IMG/VR virus record: IMGVR_UViG_3300045988_138147
From: a virus
Strand: one strand, 5' to 3'
DNA length: 64,000 bases
Shown: in pieces, positions 36,584-44,932 of the stretch
Numbering within the stretch: position 1 is the stretch's first letter
Layout of the letters: the number at the start of each line of letters is the position of its first letter
Position numbers and translations under genes: made by a program
The notes under the pieces: model-generated
What the model was told of the DNA's origin: nothing
The model's database searches: none
Seen by the model: the letters and a program-made list of their open reading frames with translations, nothing else

Positions 36584-36988
36584 ATGAAAACTTTAACTGT
36601 AATCATCGAACGCACAGAAAATAACTATTCTGCTTATATAGAAGGCGTTGATGGTGTTGTGGTGACAGGACAAAGTGTAAAAGAGATTAAAAGAAACATT
36701 ATTAGTGCTATCGACGCGCTAAAAGATGAATGCAAGGAATTTGGTGGCGAAATTCCGGAAGAATTGGAAGGTGATTACTCTTTAACATTCAAAATGGATG
36801 TGAAATCAGTTCTGGATTTTTATTCCCATGTTTTTACAAAATCCGGATTGGAGAGAATTACGGGAATAAATCAAAAACAGCTATGGCATTATGCTTCTGG
36901 TAATAGAACTCCAAGACCGGAACAAGCTTTGAAATTGGAAAACGCTTTGCATGATTTAGGTGAAGAATTATTAGCAATAAACTTATAA
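36584..36988 (+). CDS. hicB: HicB-family antitoxin with C-terminal HTH
   Basis: MKTLTVIIERTENNYSAYIEGVDGVVVTGQSVKE (HicB fold pattern) plus C-terminal HTH-like ITGINQKQLWHYASG. Confidence 0.8.
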   Translation: MKTLTVIIERTENNYSAYIEGVDGVVVTGQSVKEIKRNIISAIDALKDECKEFGGEIPEELEGDYSLTFKMDVKSVLDFYSHVFTKSGLERITGINQKQLWHYASGNRTPRPEQALKLENALHDLGEELLAINL

Positions 36989-37020
36989 GTTCCAACGCTT
37001 CCAAGAGCTTGAACTTTCTC

Positions 37021-37060
37021 AATGGCAATCCCATCATTTCTTAGGGGTTGCCATTTTTTT
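37021..37060 (+). terminator. intrinsic terminator after hicB
   Basis: 12-bp stem aatggcaatccc/ggggttgccatt (one G-U pair), 11-nt loop, T7 run. Confidence 0.7.
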
Positions 37061-37078
37061 ATGTAAAGAATTTAAGTT

Positions 37079-37486
37079 ATGAGACAAAGAGTCTATATAT
37101 GGATTGCGGTAGGGATAGCATTGCTATTGCTGTTTGGATCATGCCGGAGCATAAGGTATGTCCCAGTAGAAACTATAAGGACTGACAGTCTTTATCTTAC
37201 CGTACACGAACGTGATTCCATTCACATTAAGGATTCTGTCTATATAAGGGAGAAAGGCGATTCAGTGTTTGTTGACAAGTGGCATATAGTCTACCGTGAC
37301 AGGATGATTCGCGATACAGCCTATATAGAGAAGGAGAAAGAGTTAGAAGTCCCCTACCCTGTGGAGAAGGAATTAACATGGTGGCAGAAGACGAAATTAG
37401 AACTAGGAGAGTTTTCAATAGGTATTATATTAATATTATTAATCGTAGTCATTTGGCTGGTAAAGAAGAAGGGAGGTGCAAGATGA
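37079..37486 (+). CDS. candidate unimolecular spanin (N-terminal lipoprotein signal plus C-terminal TM anchor)
   Basis: MRQRVYIWIAVGIALLLLFGSC lipobox-like Cys22; C-terminal helix FSIGIILILLIVVIWLV followed by KKKGGAR. Confidence 0.5.
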   Translation: MRQRVYIWIAVGIALLLLFGSCRSIRYVPVETIRTDSLYLTVHERDSIHIKDSVYIREKGDSVFVDKWHIVYRDRMIRDTAYIEKEKELEVPYPVEKELTWWQKTKLELGEFSIGIILILLIVVIWLVKKKGGAR

Positions 37487-37603
37487 AATAGTAACCAGAA
37501 TGCCACAGGTAGAAGCGTGGCACATAAAAAAACTCATTTAACAAAAGTAATTCTTTCAGGGGCTTAGAATCAAAAAAAAGCCCCCAACGCTCATATTAAT
37601 ATT

Positions 37604-37710
37604 GCCACATAAAAACATGATAAAAGCATAAGACACTGCACGTTGGAGGCTAAATATCTTCAACAAAATGTCTTATGCTTTGTTCATCGATATATCTTGT
37701 TTTATGTGGC
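37604..37710. repeat. 107-bp imperfect palindrome / operator cluster upstream of the HTH gene
   Basis: Outer arms gccacataaaa/ttttatgtggc and inner arms agcataagaca/tgtcttatgct; a third TGGCACATAAAA copy at 37518-37529. Confidence 0.55.
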
Positions 37711-37744
37711 ATGGCAAAGATAAGAATAAAAAATTAGAAAAAAC

Positions 37745-38038
37745 ATGTGCAAGTCAGAAATCTTTGCCAAAATAATTAATATTGTTTCAAAAGAAACAGA
37801 AGTGTCTGTAGACCAAATATTATCGTCTGATAAGAATATGGAAACAGTGGATGCCCGGTATCTTCTTGTATTTTTTCTTTTCGAAAGCGGTATGTACCCT
37901 TCACAAATAGCCGCTCATATCCATAAGACTAAACGTGCTGTCAACTACATGATATCCAATTTCCATGAGAGGATGGAGAGTGGGAAAATGATGAGAATAT
38001 ATTGGGACGATATAAAGAATTTGTTGGGAAACAACTGA
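37745..38038 (+). CDS. small HTH protein (DnaA domain IV-like)
   Basis: ETVDARYLLVFFLFESGMYPSQIAAHIHKTKRAVNYMISNF resembles the DnaA C-terminal HTH pattern. Confidence 0.5.
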   Translation: MCKSEIFAKIINIVSKETEVSVDQILSSDKNMETVDARYLLVFFLFESGMYPSQIAAHIHKTKRAVNYMISNFHERMESGKMMRIYWDDIKNLLGNN

Positions 38039-38061
38039 TTTTCCATGAGTTATGATCTATA

Positions 38062-38069
38062 TACTTTTG
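38062..38069 (+). promoter_or_regulatory. -7 promoter element TACTTTTG
   Basis: Matches TAnnTTTG, 41 nt upstream of ATG 38110. Confidence 0.5.
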
Positions 38070-38109
38070 TGCACGGTCGATTTTGACCGGATACAAAATA
38101 CAAATACTT

Positions 38110-39078
38110 ATGGAACGAACTTATGTTTTTAACCAAGACGGTGGAACCGGCGCAAACAATGGCCTGCTTGCGTCCATTCTTCCGTCCTTGCAGAACCGTG
38201 GAATTGACACTGGCTATCTGATGGGGCTGATGGGAGGAAACGGAAACGGAGGTTTCTTCGGAAACAATGGCGGTTTTCAGGACATCATCGCATTGATTGT
38301 GATTGCAGCCATCTTCGGTAACGGGAACTTCGGATTTGGTGGCAACAACAACCAAGGAGCGAACGAAGGAAGAGAAATGATCATGCAGACACTTAACCGA
38401 AACGGTGTCGACATTGCAGCATTAGCACAAGCTGTGAACACATCATCAGACCAAATCCTTGCCGGTATTAACTCTGTATCACAGGCTATCTGCGGTCTCG
38501 GCAACCAAATGGGCCAGAACACCAACAGTATCCTCACTGCGATCATGCAAGGTAACAACGCTCTGACATCTCAGATCTGTAGCTGTTGCTGCGACATGAA
38601 ACAGCTTGTAACCACACAGGGATACGAGAACCAGCTTGCAATGTGCAACCAGACTAACACATTAGTCAACACTGCTAACCAGAACACATTGTCATTGCGT
38701 GATGGTGCGACAGCCAACACGAATGCCATCCTTGCCAAACTTGACGCTATTCAGAATCAGGCATTGCAGGACAAGATCGCATCTCTTACTGCGGAAAAGG
38801 CTACTTTGACAGCCGAAATCTCTCAGCGTAACCAGAACGCCACTATCCTGAGTGCGGTAGGACAACAGATCGCTCCTTTAGCAGCCGGATTGCAGGCATT
38901 GCAGAGCGATGTTGATGGTATAAAATGTAAATTACCTAACACTGTCCCGGTACAATACCCTAATATTGTAGGTGTGAACGTGGATACATATCGTGCCGCA
39001 GCATACGGTGCTTATGCAGGTGATGCTGTATATGGCCGTGGTGGTTACGGATGCGGTTGCAATAACTACTGGGGTTAA
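38110..39078 (+). CDS. Gly/Asn/Phe-rich, Q/N coiled-coil, Cys-rich protein of unknown function
   Basis: First ATG of ORF 38083..39078; GGNGNGGFFGNNGGF, IIALIVIAAIF, CSCCCD, C-terminal YGRGGYGCGCNNYWG. Confidence 0.6.
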   Translation: MERTYVFNQDGGTGANNGLLASILPSLQNRGIDTGYLMGLMGGNGNGGFFGNNGGFQDIIALIVIAAIFGNGNFGFGGNNNQGANEGREMIMQTLNRNGVDIAALAQAVNTSSDQILAGINSVSQAICGLGNQMGQNTNSILTAIMQGNNALTSQICSCCCDMKQLVTTQGYENQLAMCNQTNTLVNTANQNTLSLRDGATANTNAILAKLDAIQNQALQDKIASLTAEKATLTAEISQRNQNATILSAVGQQIAPLAAGLQALQSDVDGIKCKLPNTVPVQYPNIVGVNVDTYRAAAYGAYAGDAVYGRGGYGCGCNNYWG

Positions 39079-39100
39079 TCCGGTGAGAAAGGAGGTAGAT

Positions 39101-39517
39101 ATGTGGCCTAACTTTTTTACAGGATTTCCGTTCCCGTTTCCCTCCCTTGGCAGAGTGAATTACAACACTCTCCCTACGGTGGCTGTAACAGTCGGTACTG
39201 AGAATGTGACTTTGGAGCTTCCTAACCATGCGTTCCGCAACAGGGATTATGTCGGAGGGTTCTATGTCAATCTTCGTCAGGCGATCCCTGCCGGTACGAC
39301 TGCCACGCTGCCTATATTGATAGGGACCAACGGGGATACAAGACCGTTGTTAGCTTACAACAACGAGCCTATTACGGTTGCCAACCTTGCCGGAACCGGT
39401 ATTTATGAAATCCACTATAACAAATACACCAACGAGCTGTTCCTTGTTAATGGCGGATACAGACCTACCGCTACTCCGGCTGCAACGGCAGAAGCAATGT
39501 CAAGCAAAAGCAAGTAG
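39101..39517 (+). CDS. hypothetical beta-rich protein
   Basis: ATG 5 nt after AAGGAGG (39089-39095); the upstream part of ORF 38993..39517 overlaps the previous gene. Confidence 0.55.
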   Translation: MWPNFFTGFPFPFPSLGRVNYNTLPTVAVTVGTENVTLELPNHAFRNRDYVGGFYVNLRQAIPAGTTATLPILIGTNGDTRPLLAYNNEPITVANLAGTGIYEIHYNKYTNELFLVNGGYRPTATPAATAEAMSSKSK

Positions 39518-39565
39518 TTAACACGGGTGCCGGGGTTCTTGGCACCCTATTAAAATTAAACCAAT

Positions 39566-40108
39566 ATGTTTCAATCACTTCGTACCAATAACCAGTTATA
39601 TATACTTCATAAGGATGCTAACCCGTTTATCGAATACGGCCCGGTAGTCAGCGTTTCCGCTCCCAAGCCGAAATATCCTATGGCATCCCCTATGGGACAG
39701 TTGCCCCAAATGGAAATGGTTGTGGATGTTGTTGTATGTGTCAACGGGCAGAACACGACTTTCCAAAATCTTCCTGCCGGCATGGATATAGCCGACTTCG
39801 GACAGAACGGCAATATCGTAGTGTCATGCTCACGTGATGCGATGAATAACGAGGTCGCTTCTATGAAACAGAAAAGCATAGACATCATCAACAGCATGGA
39901 TTTTCACAATTCCGTCATTGCAGGGTGTGACAAGATGCTTACGCTCTTGAACCCTGAATTTGCCGAGAAACAACGTCAGGAGCAGGAAATATCCTCTCTG
40001 AAAGGGCAAATGTCGGAAATGAGCAAGAACATGTCTGACCTTATGGAATTGAACAAACGGCTTATGGAACAGCTCGGAGTGGTTGAAACATCCAAAACAA
40101 AGAAATGA
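39566..40108 (+). CDS. hypothetical protein with C-terminal coiled coil
   Basis: 180-aa ORF. Confidence 0.5.
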   Translation: MFQSLRTNNQLYILHKDANPFIEYGPVVSVSAPKPKYPMASPMGQLPQMEMVVDVVVCVNGQNTTFQNLPAGMDIADFGQNGNIVVSCSRDAMNNEVASMKQKSIDIINSMDFHNSVIAGCDKMLTLLNPEFAEKQRQEQEISSLKGQMSEMSKNMSDLMELNKRLMEQLGVVETSKTKK

Positions 40109-40392
40109 TTATGGGAATGTGGGAAATATTAGAAGAAGGGCGTGACGATTACGGACGCGGCTTCGGTATGAGAGGTGACGAGGTGGAAGAAGCCTACAAG
40201 GAAGGCTGCCGCCACGGTTACGAAAAGGCCATGAGAGAGATTCATGGAGACATGGGCTTCCGTGATGGCGGAAGAAATTATTCAGGATCAGGTATGGGAG
40301 AACGCAGATATCCCGGCTATTTCCCTGAATATCCCCGCATGGATGACATGGGAGAACGCAGACGCAGACGCACCAACGGTGAGTTTTATTAA
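40105..40392 (+). CDS. Arg/Gly/Met-rich low-complexity protein
   Basis: GRGFGMRGDE...GSGMGERRYPGYFPEYPRMDDMGERRRRR; 4-nt overlap with the previous gene. Confidence 0.5.
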   Translation: MIMGMWEILEEGRDDYGRGFGMRGDEVEEAYKEGCRHGYEKAMREIHGDMGFRDGGRNYSGSGMGERRYPGYFPEYPRMDDMGERRRRRTNGEFY

Positions 40393-40397
40393 TGGTG

Positions 40398-40421
40398 GAG
40401 GGGTGGAATGCCCCTCTTTTT
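40398..40421 (+). terminator. intrinsic terminator closing the 38110-40392 cassette
   Basis: Stem gagggg/cccctc, 7-nt loop, T5. Confidence 0.6.
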
Positions 40422-40432
40422 AAACAAAGGTT

Positions 40433-40852
40433 ATGGAACAGAGATTGGATACATACAGCAGATTCCCATCTGGCATGAGGGAATATCTGGAAGCATACGG
40501 CTTTCATTTCAGCAAGAAACTTTATGAATGGGCCGTCTCAAAAATGAAAGTGAAAGACGAAACCATGGGTAAAGAAAAAAAGTTGGAGCCGTGGAGCAAA
40601 GATGAAGTGGACGATATGCTGAAAGCGAACGGAATTACCATCGAGCACGACAAGGGTTATGACGTTGCTTATGTCGCAAACATGCTGAAAGCGGATTTCT
40701 ATAAAAAATCATTGGTTGACGAGGCACATTTGTGCAAGCATATAAAATGCTACCTTGATGATATTGATGGCGATCCTTGCAGGGCGTTTGACGAGTTCTT
40801 TGCCACCTGTATAGGTAAAGGGATTCCTGTAATCTGGTCGGATGTGATATGA
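40433..40852 (+). CDS. hypothetical protein (139 aa)
   Basis: ORF only. Confidence 0.5.
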   Translation: MEQRLDTYSRFPSGMREYLEAYGFHFSKKLYEWAVSKMKVKDETMGKEKKLEPWSKDEVDDMLKANGITIEHDKGYDVAYVANMLKADFYKKSLVDEAHLCKHIKCYLDDIDGDPCRAFDEFFATCIGKGIPVIWSDVI

Positions 40853-41319
40853 TTGTTCAGGAGTTCTACATACCAAAATATGGGGACTGGCACGTCAAAG
40901 TGTATTATGCGGTACACACCTATTGGGCGGATCGGATCATTATGGACCTGTACCGTATAGGATGCAGGGGGAATTCCCTCAAGCGTGCGTATCGCAATCT
41001 GACCGAAGGCAGAATGAATACCGGTCTAACCTATTCGGACTACAGGAGAAGAGAGACGGTAATGGTGATCTCTTTGACTTCTACCCCCGAAGAGTTTCAA
41101 AATTCGTGGGACCACGAAAAAGGTCATTTGTGCCGGCATATCTCCAAGGCTTTCGGGATTGATCCCTATGGGAGGAAGCGCAGTATCTTAGCGGATATGT
41201 GGGGCAGAAGATGTTCCCTGTTGCCAAGAAGTTCTTATGTGAACATTGCAGAAAGGGACTGGAAAAATAATAATCGAACAGAAGCGTTCTTTGACTTGTT
41301 GGAATTACCGCTGAATTAA
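40849..41319 (+). CDS. HExxH metallopeptidase-like protein; C-terminus possibly frameshifted
   Basis: WDHEKGHLCRH motif; the alternative -1 frame from 41172 reads EEAQYLSGYVGQKMFPVAKKFLCEHCRKGLEK*. Confidence 0.5.
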   Translation: MIVQEFYIPKYGDWHVKVYYAVHTYWADRIIMDLYRIGCRGNSLKRAYRNLTEGRMNTGLTYSDYRRRETVMVISLTSTPEEFQNSWDHEKGHLCRHISKAFGIDPYGRKRSILADMWGRRCSLLPRSSYVNIAERDWKNNNRTEAFFDLLELPLN

Positions 41320-41365
41320 AAGTGTTAAATATCTGGTTTGAGTTTATAAAATCAAATTATTTTTC

Positions 41366-41373
41366 TACTTTTG
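41366..41373 (+). promoter_or_regulatory. -7 promoter element TACTTTTG
   Basis: Matches TAnnTTTG, 22 nt upstream of ATG 41395. Confidence 0.5.
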
Positions 41374-41394
41374 TAAACTCAAAAAAAACAAAAT

Positions 41395-42447
41395 GTGCAC
41401 ATGAAAGACATATTTTCAAGACGATTAAAGATTGCCAGAAAGATAAAAGGTATGTCTTTAATGAAACTAAGTAAGGCTATGGACGGCATAGTTTCAGCTA
41501 ATGCATTAGCTAAATATGAGAGAGGGGAAATATTCCCTTCCAGCAATGTTATGATAAAGCTGTCATCTGTCCTAGACGTTTCTGTTGATGATTTTTTCAG
41601 ACCTGTTACTGTATGCATAGATGTCGATAGCATAAAATATCGGAAACGGGCTTCTTTAGGTAAAAAAGAAATAGAGTCGATAAATTGTTACGCTTCGGCT
41701 CGTTTAGAGAAATATCTCGAAGTGGAGAAAATGAGTGGGGAGACCTCTGTTTTCTCAATAAACTATTTTGATGTACCTATAAAAAGTGAAAGTGATGTAC
41801 TGACTATAGCATCAAGATTTAGACAAGATTTTAATCTTGGCAATTCTCCCATTTCAAATCCAATAGAGATACTTGAAAGTGCTGGAGTCAAAATTATAGA
41901 AGTTGATGCTTCTCCAAAATTTGATGGCGATAGTTTTACTTGTGGAGATGTGTTTGTGATCGTACTAAACAAGAATTTTACAGCTGAAAGAAAAAGAATG
42001 TCATTGTTTCATGAAACAGGGCATAAAGTTATGAATATTCCTGATGGAATGAATGAGGAACGGTTATGTAACGTATTTGCAAATGAAGTGCTTTTGCCAT
42101 CAGATATCTTTATTCAAAAGATAGGAAAGATAAGAAAAGATATTTCATTAGTTGAACTGAAAGATTTACAACGTCAATATGGTATATCGGTAGAAGCTAT
42201 GATGGTAAAGGCAAGACAGTTGGGAATTATATCAGAGAATAGATACACCTGTTTTTACAAACACAAGAATTCCTCCAAGAAGTTCAAAAAGGAAGTTGAG
42301 GATAGTGTCTTTCATGAGGAGTATTGCAAAAGATATGAACGTCTAGTATTTAAACTTCTTTCAAATGAAATTATTACGGAGTCAAAATGTGCCTCATTGT
42401 TGGAAACTAACCTTTCTGATGTTCATAATAGATTAAATCTGATATAA
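41395..42447 (+). CDS. XRE-family HTH fused to ImmA/IrrE-type zinc metallopeptidase
   Basis: N-terminal RLKIARKIKGMSLMKLSKAM...LAKYERGE (HTH_XRE); HETGH zinc motif in the C-terminal domain. Confidence 0.8.
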   Translation: MHMKDIFSRRLKIARKIKGMSLMKLSKAMDGIVSANALAKYERGEIFPSSNVMIKLSSVLDVSVDDFFRPVTVCIDVDSIKYRKRASLGKKEIESINCYASARLEKYLEVEKMSGETSVFSINYFDVPIKSESDVLTIASRFRQDFNLGNSPISNPIEILESAGVKIIEVDASPKFDGDSFTCGDVFVIVLNKNFTAERKRMSLFHETGHKVMNIPDGMNEERLCNVFANEVLLPSDIFIQKIGKIRKDISLVELKDLQRQYGISVEAMMVKARQLGIISENRYTCFYKHKNSSKKFKKEVEDSVFHEEYCKRYERLVFKLLSNEIITESKCASLLETNLSDVHNRLNLI

Positions 42448-42965
42448 TGGATGTAGTAGTAAACGACACAAATATATTCATTGATTTGTTATCAGTAGAA
42501 CTCTTGGAAGAAGCATTCAAACTGCCAATCGATTTTCATACGGTAGATTATGTTGTATCAGAGATTGTTGATAGCTATCAGAAAGAATGTATTATGAGCT
42601 TGGTTGATAGGGGATTGTTGACAGTAAAGGAGTTTAATGAAATTGAATCATATGAAATCATAAATATGTACGGAAAACGAAGCAATAACGTATCTGTTAC
42701 AGACTGTTCGGTATGGTACTATGCAAAACAGAACAACTACCGACTACTTACTGGAGACGGAAAACTGAGATATAGTGCCATTAATGACGGTGTTATGGTT
42801 TCCGGGATTTTATTCATTACAGATATGCTTGTTGATTATGGAATAGTTGACCCAATTACGATGACTTCAAAACTCAATGAATTATCCAGTGTAAACAAGA
42901 GGCTATCTAAAAAGTTGATTGAGGAATATGTTTCTAAGTATATGAATATGAAAAAGATGTCTTAA
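42447..42965 (+). CDS. PIN-like nuclease-fold protein
   Basis: VVVNDTNIFIDLL, VSEI, VTDCS, LLTGDG give a PIN-type acidic residue spacing; start overlaps the previous stop. Confidence 0.6.
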   Translation: MDVVVNDTNIFIDLLSVELLEEAFKLPIDFHTVDYVVSEIVDSYQKECIMSLVDRGLLTVKEFNEIESYEIINMYGKRSNNVSVTDCSVWYYAKQNNYRLLTGDGKLRYSAINDGVMVSGILFITDMLVDYGIVDPITMTSKLNELSSVNKRLSKKLIEEYVSKYMNMKKMS

Positions 42966-43005
42966 AGACAAGTATTGATAAAGTCTTGTTAATTCAAAAT
43001 AAATC

Positions 43006-43041
43006 AAAGCGGTAATTCCCAACGGTTTTACCGCTTTTTTT
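43006..43041 (+). terminator. intrinsic terminator after the PIN-like gene
   Basis: 10-bp stem aaagcggtaa/ttaccgcttt, 12-nt loop, T7. Confidence 0.7.
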
Positions 43042-43255
43042 ATGTTAACAGAATATGGAAGAAGATAAGTTGAACATATTGCTTGAGCAGGCTGATGATG
43101 TGCCTCACTGGTATTTCTGCCGTTTACTTGCTGTGATGCGATGGAACGTATAGAGAGGTTCATTTATAGACTGATACCCTTTGTCGTGTTGGCAAGGGTG
43201 ATATCGTTGTGCCTGTAATTCCCGTTTTTTCTACCCCCAAAAAGATTAAAGAAAG

Positions 43256-43326
43256 ACCAAGGATATTTCCCCTAGTTTTATAAGAGTTCGCATTTGAAAG
43301 CCCCTAAATCTTTAGTTTAGCGGTAA
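43256..43326 (+). repeat. conserved 3'-flank element, copy X
   Basis: Shares GTTCGCATTTGAA (exact 13-mer), TAAAT, TTAGTTTA and flanks with 54028-54112. Confidence 0.6.
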
Positions 43327-43327
43327 T

Positions 43328-43726
43328 TCACTCTATAACCAAATAATAAACCTCTCTATCAGCGTCTGAACAAGTGAATGTCGGCTCATCGAAGAAGTTC
43401 ATGTTTAAATGTGCTTTAATAAATTTGTCCTTCCCGTCAGAATCCAACAGCATCAATGTTTTGTCTACTGTTTCAAGTTGTTTCTCTGACATATACGACT
43501 TCCAATAGTCAGCACGTGATTCATATCCTTCACAAGGTTGGCTTGAATAATATTCAAGTTCTGATACTATATCACCGACCTTCATTTCTTGCACTTCGTT
43601 TTCGTTTCCTGAATATCCGAAATAGAACCAATATATTTTCTTCCCTTTCAGTTTCTTGGCTTCTTCAACTGTTAGAACCTTTGCTTCTCCGTTCTCTATT
43701 CTATGTATAAATTCGTTCGTTTTCAT
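43328..43726 (-). CDS. hypothetical early protein
   Basis: 132-aa ORF. Confidence 0.5.
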   Translation of the reverse strand: MKTNEFIHRIENGEAKVLTVEEAKKLKGKKIYWFYFGYSGNENEVQEMKVGDIVSELEYYSSQPCEGYESRADYWKSYMSEKQLETVDKTLMLLDSDGKDKFIKAHLNMNFFDEPTFTCSDADREVYYLVIE

Positions 43727-43730
43727 AACC

Positions 43731-43940
43731 TTACTTTTTTATTACTGTGTAAAACGGTGCTTCCATCCCTACTTGGCAATACGCCGTTCCTTTTTCGTCT
43801 ACCCAAACAGCCTGTCCGTAGCTACTGTCAGGGTGATTGGTTGTGGCGGTTACTTCTACTTCTTCACCGTTCACATTGTTTTTCAATATCGCTTCCATCA
43901 ATTGTTCCGCATCATTTACAAATTCTTCAATTTGATTCAT
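43731..43940 (-). CDS. hypothetical early protein
   Basis: 69-aa ORF, 4 nt from the next gene. Confidence 0.45.
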   Translation of the reverse strand: MNQIEEFVNDAEQLMEAILKNNVNGEEVEVTATTNHPDSSYGQAVWVDEKGTAYCQVGMEAPFYTVIKK

Positions 43941-44029
43941 AATAAATTGCCCGTCATGCCGATAGCTAAGCGTTAATTGTTTGCAAAATTATCATTTATA
44001 AATCAGTAATTCGTTTTATAAAGTATGTT

Positions 44030-44794
44030 TTAAAGCATACTTTTAGCGTATTCCGCACGTCTGTTTATCTTAGTGCGCAATGCGGTAAGGCGATTCCGTG
44101 TAAACTCTTTATTGGTAGCCGTCCTTAATCCCATTGCATTTAGCTTGTCCGCTACTTTGTCAACATCCTGCGGTGTTTGGCAGTCTTGCAGCATTACGGC
44201 AATCGTCCGGTTTAGCTTGTCGTCCATCGCTTCTTTTCTTCTCTTTTCCCCGTTCACCTTACCTCCTTTTGCCTGTCCGGATGTAGTACCACCCAAAGAG
44301 GTGCACCAGTTGCCCGATTTTGAGTAAAAGCCGCCTTCTTGCTCTATCTTTTTCTTTCTTGCTTCCAATGCAGCTTTAGTACGGTTCTTTATATTAAGTC
44401 GTTCTATCTTAGCAAAAGTTGCCATCATGGATAATTGCAGCTCTATAAGTGGATTCATGTCGGAGCAATCAATATCAAGATTCACGTTTGAGATGATTAA
44501 CCGCAACCCCTTTGGGGCGAAAAATTCGGCTATCATATCACTAAGTTCTATAATGCCACCTCTTGTAAGGCGTGAAACTTCCGACACTATAATAGTATCT
44601 CCTTTATTCGTCTTTGATAACAATTCGGATAGGTTTCTTTTTTTGTACGAAACGCTTCCGCTTATTCCTTCATCGGAAATAATCTCATCAATTTGCAGCC
44701 CTTTTGATTCGGCATACTTTGCTATTATATTTCTCTGGCTTTGTGCGTCTTGCTCGTCAGTCGAGAAGCGGTGATAGGCATATATCTTTCCCAT
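44030..44794 (-). CDS. serine recombinase (resolvase/invertase family)
   Basis: N-terminal KIYAYHRFSTDEQ catalytic Ser motif, VSRLTRGG; 254 aa. Confidence 0.85.
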   Translation of the reverse strand: MGKIYAYHRFSTDEQDAQSQRNIIAKYAESKGLQIDEIISDEGISGSVSYKKRNLSELLSKTNKGDTIIVSEVSRLTRGGIIELSDMIAEFFAPKGLRLIISNVNLDIDCSDMNPLIELQLSMMATFAKIERLNIKNRTKAALEARKKKIEQEGGFYSKSGNWCTSLGGTTSGQAKGGKVNGEKRRKEAMDDKLNRTIAVMLQDCQTPQDVDKVADKLNAMGLRTATNKEFTRNRLTALRTKINRRAEYAKSML

Positions 44795-44932
44795 AATTCA
44801 ATATCCGTTTTTAAGTTAATACAATTCGTTTAATTCTTCTTAGAAACCGTTGTGCCCCGTCATTTCCTTCAATGTTCCGCACACTATCCAAATTACCACC
44901 AGTATAAAAAACATAGTTCGTTCCTCCTTATT

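Noticed and set aside
42903-43163. ORF-track 86-aa minus-strand ORF
   Set aside because: It overlaps the 3' end of the PIN-like gene and runs through its terminator hairpin, so it is probably spurious.
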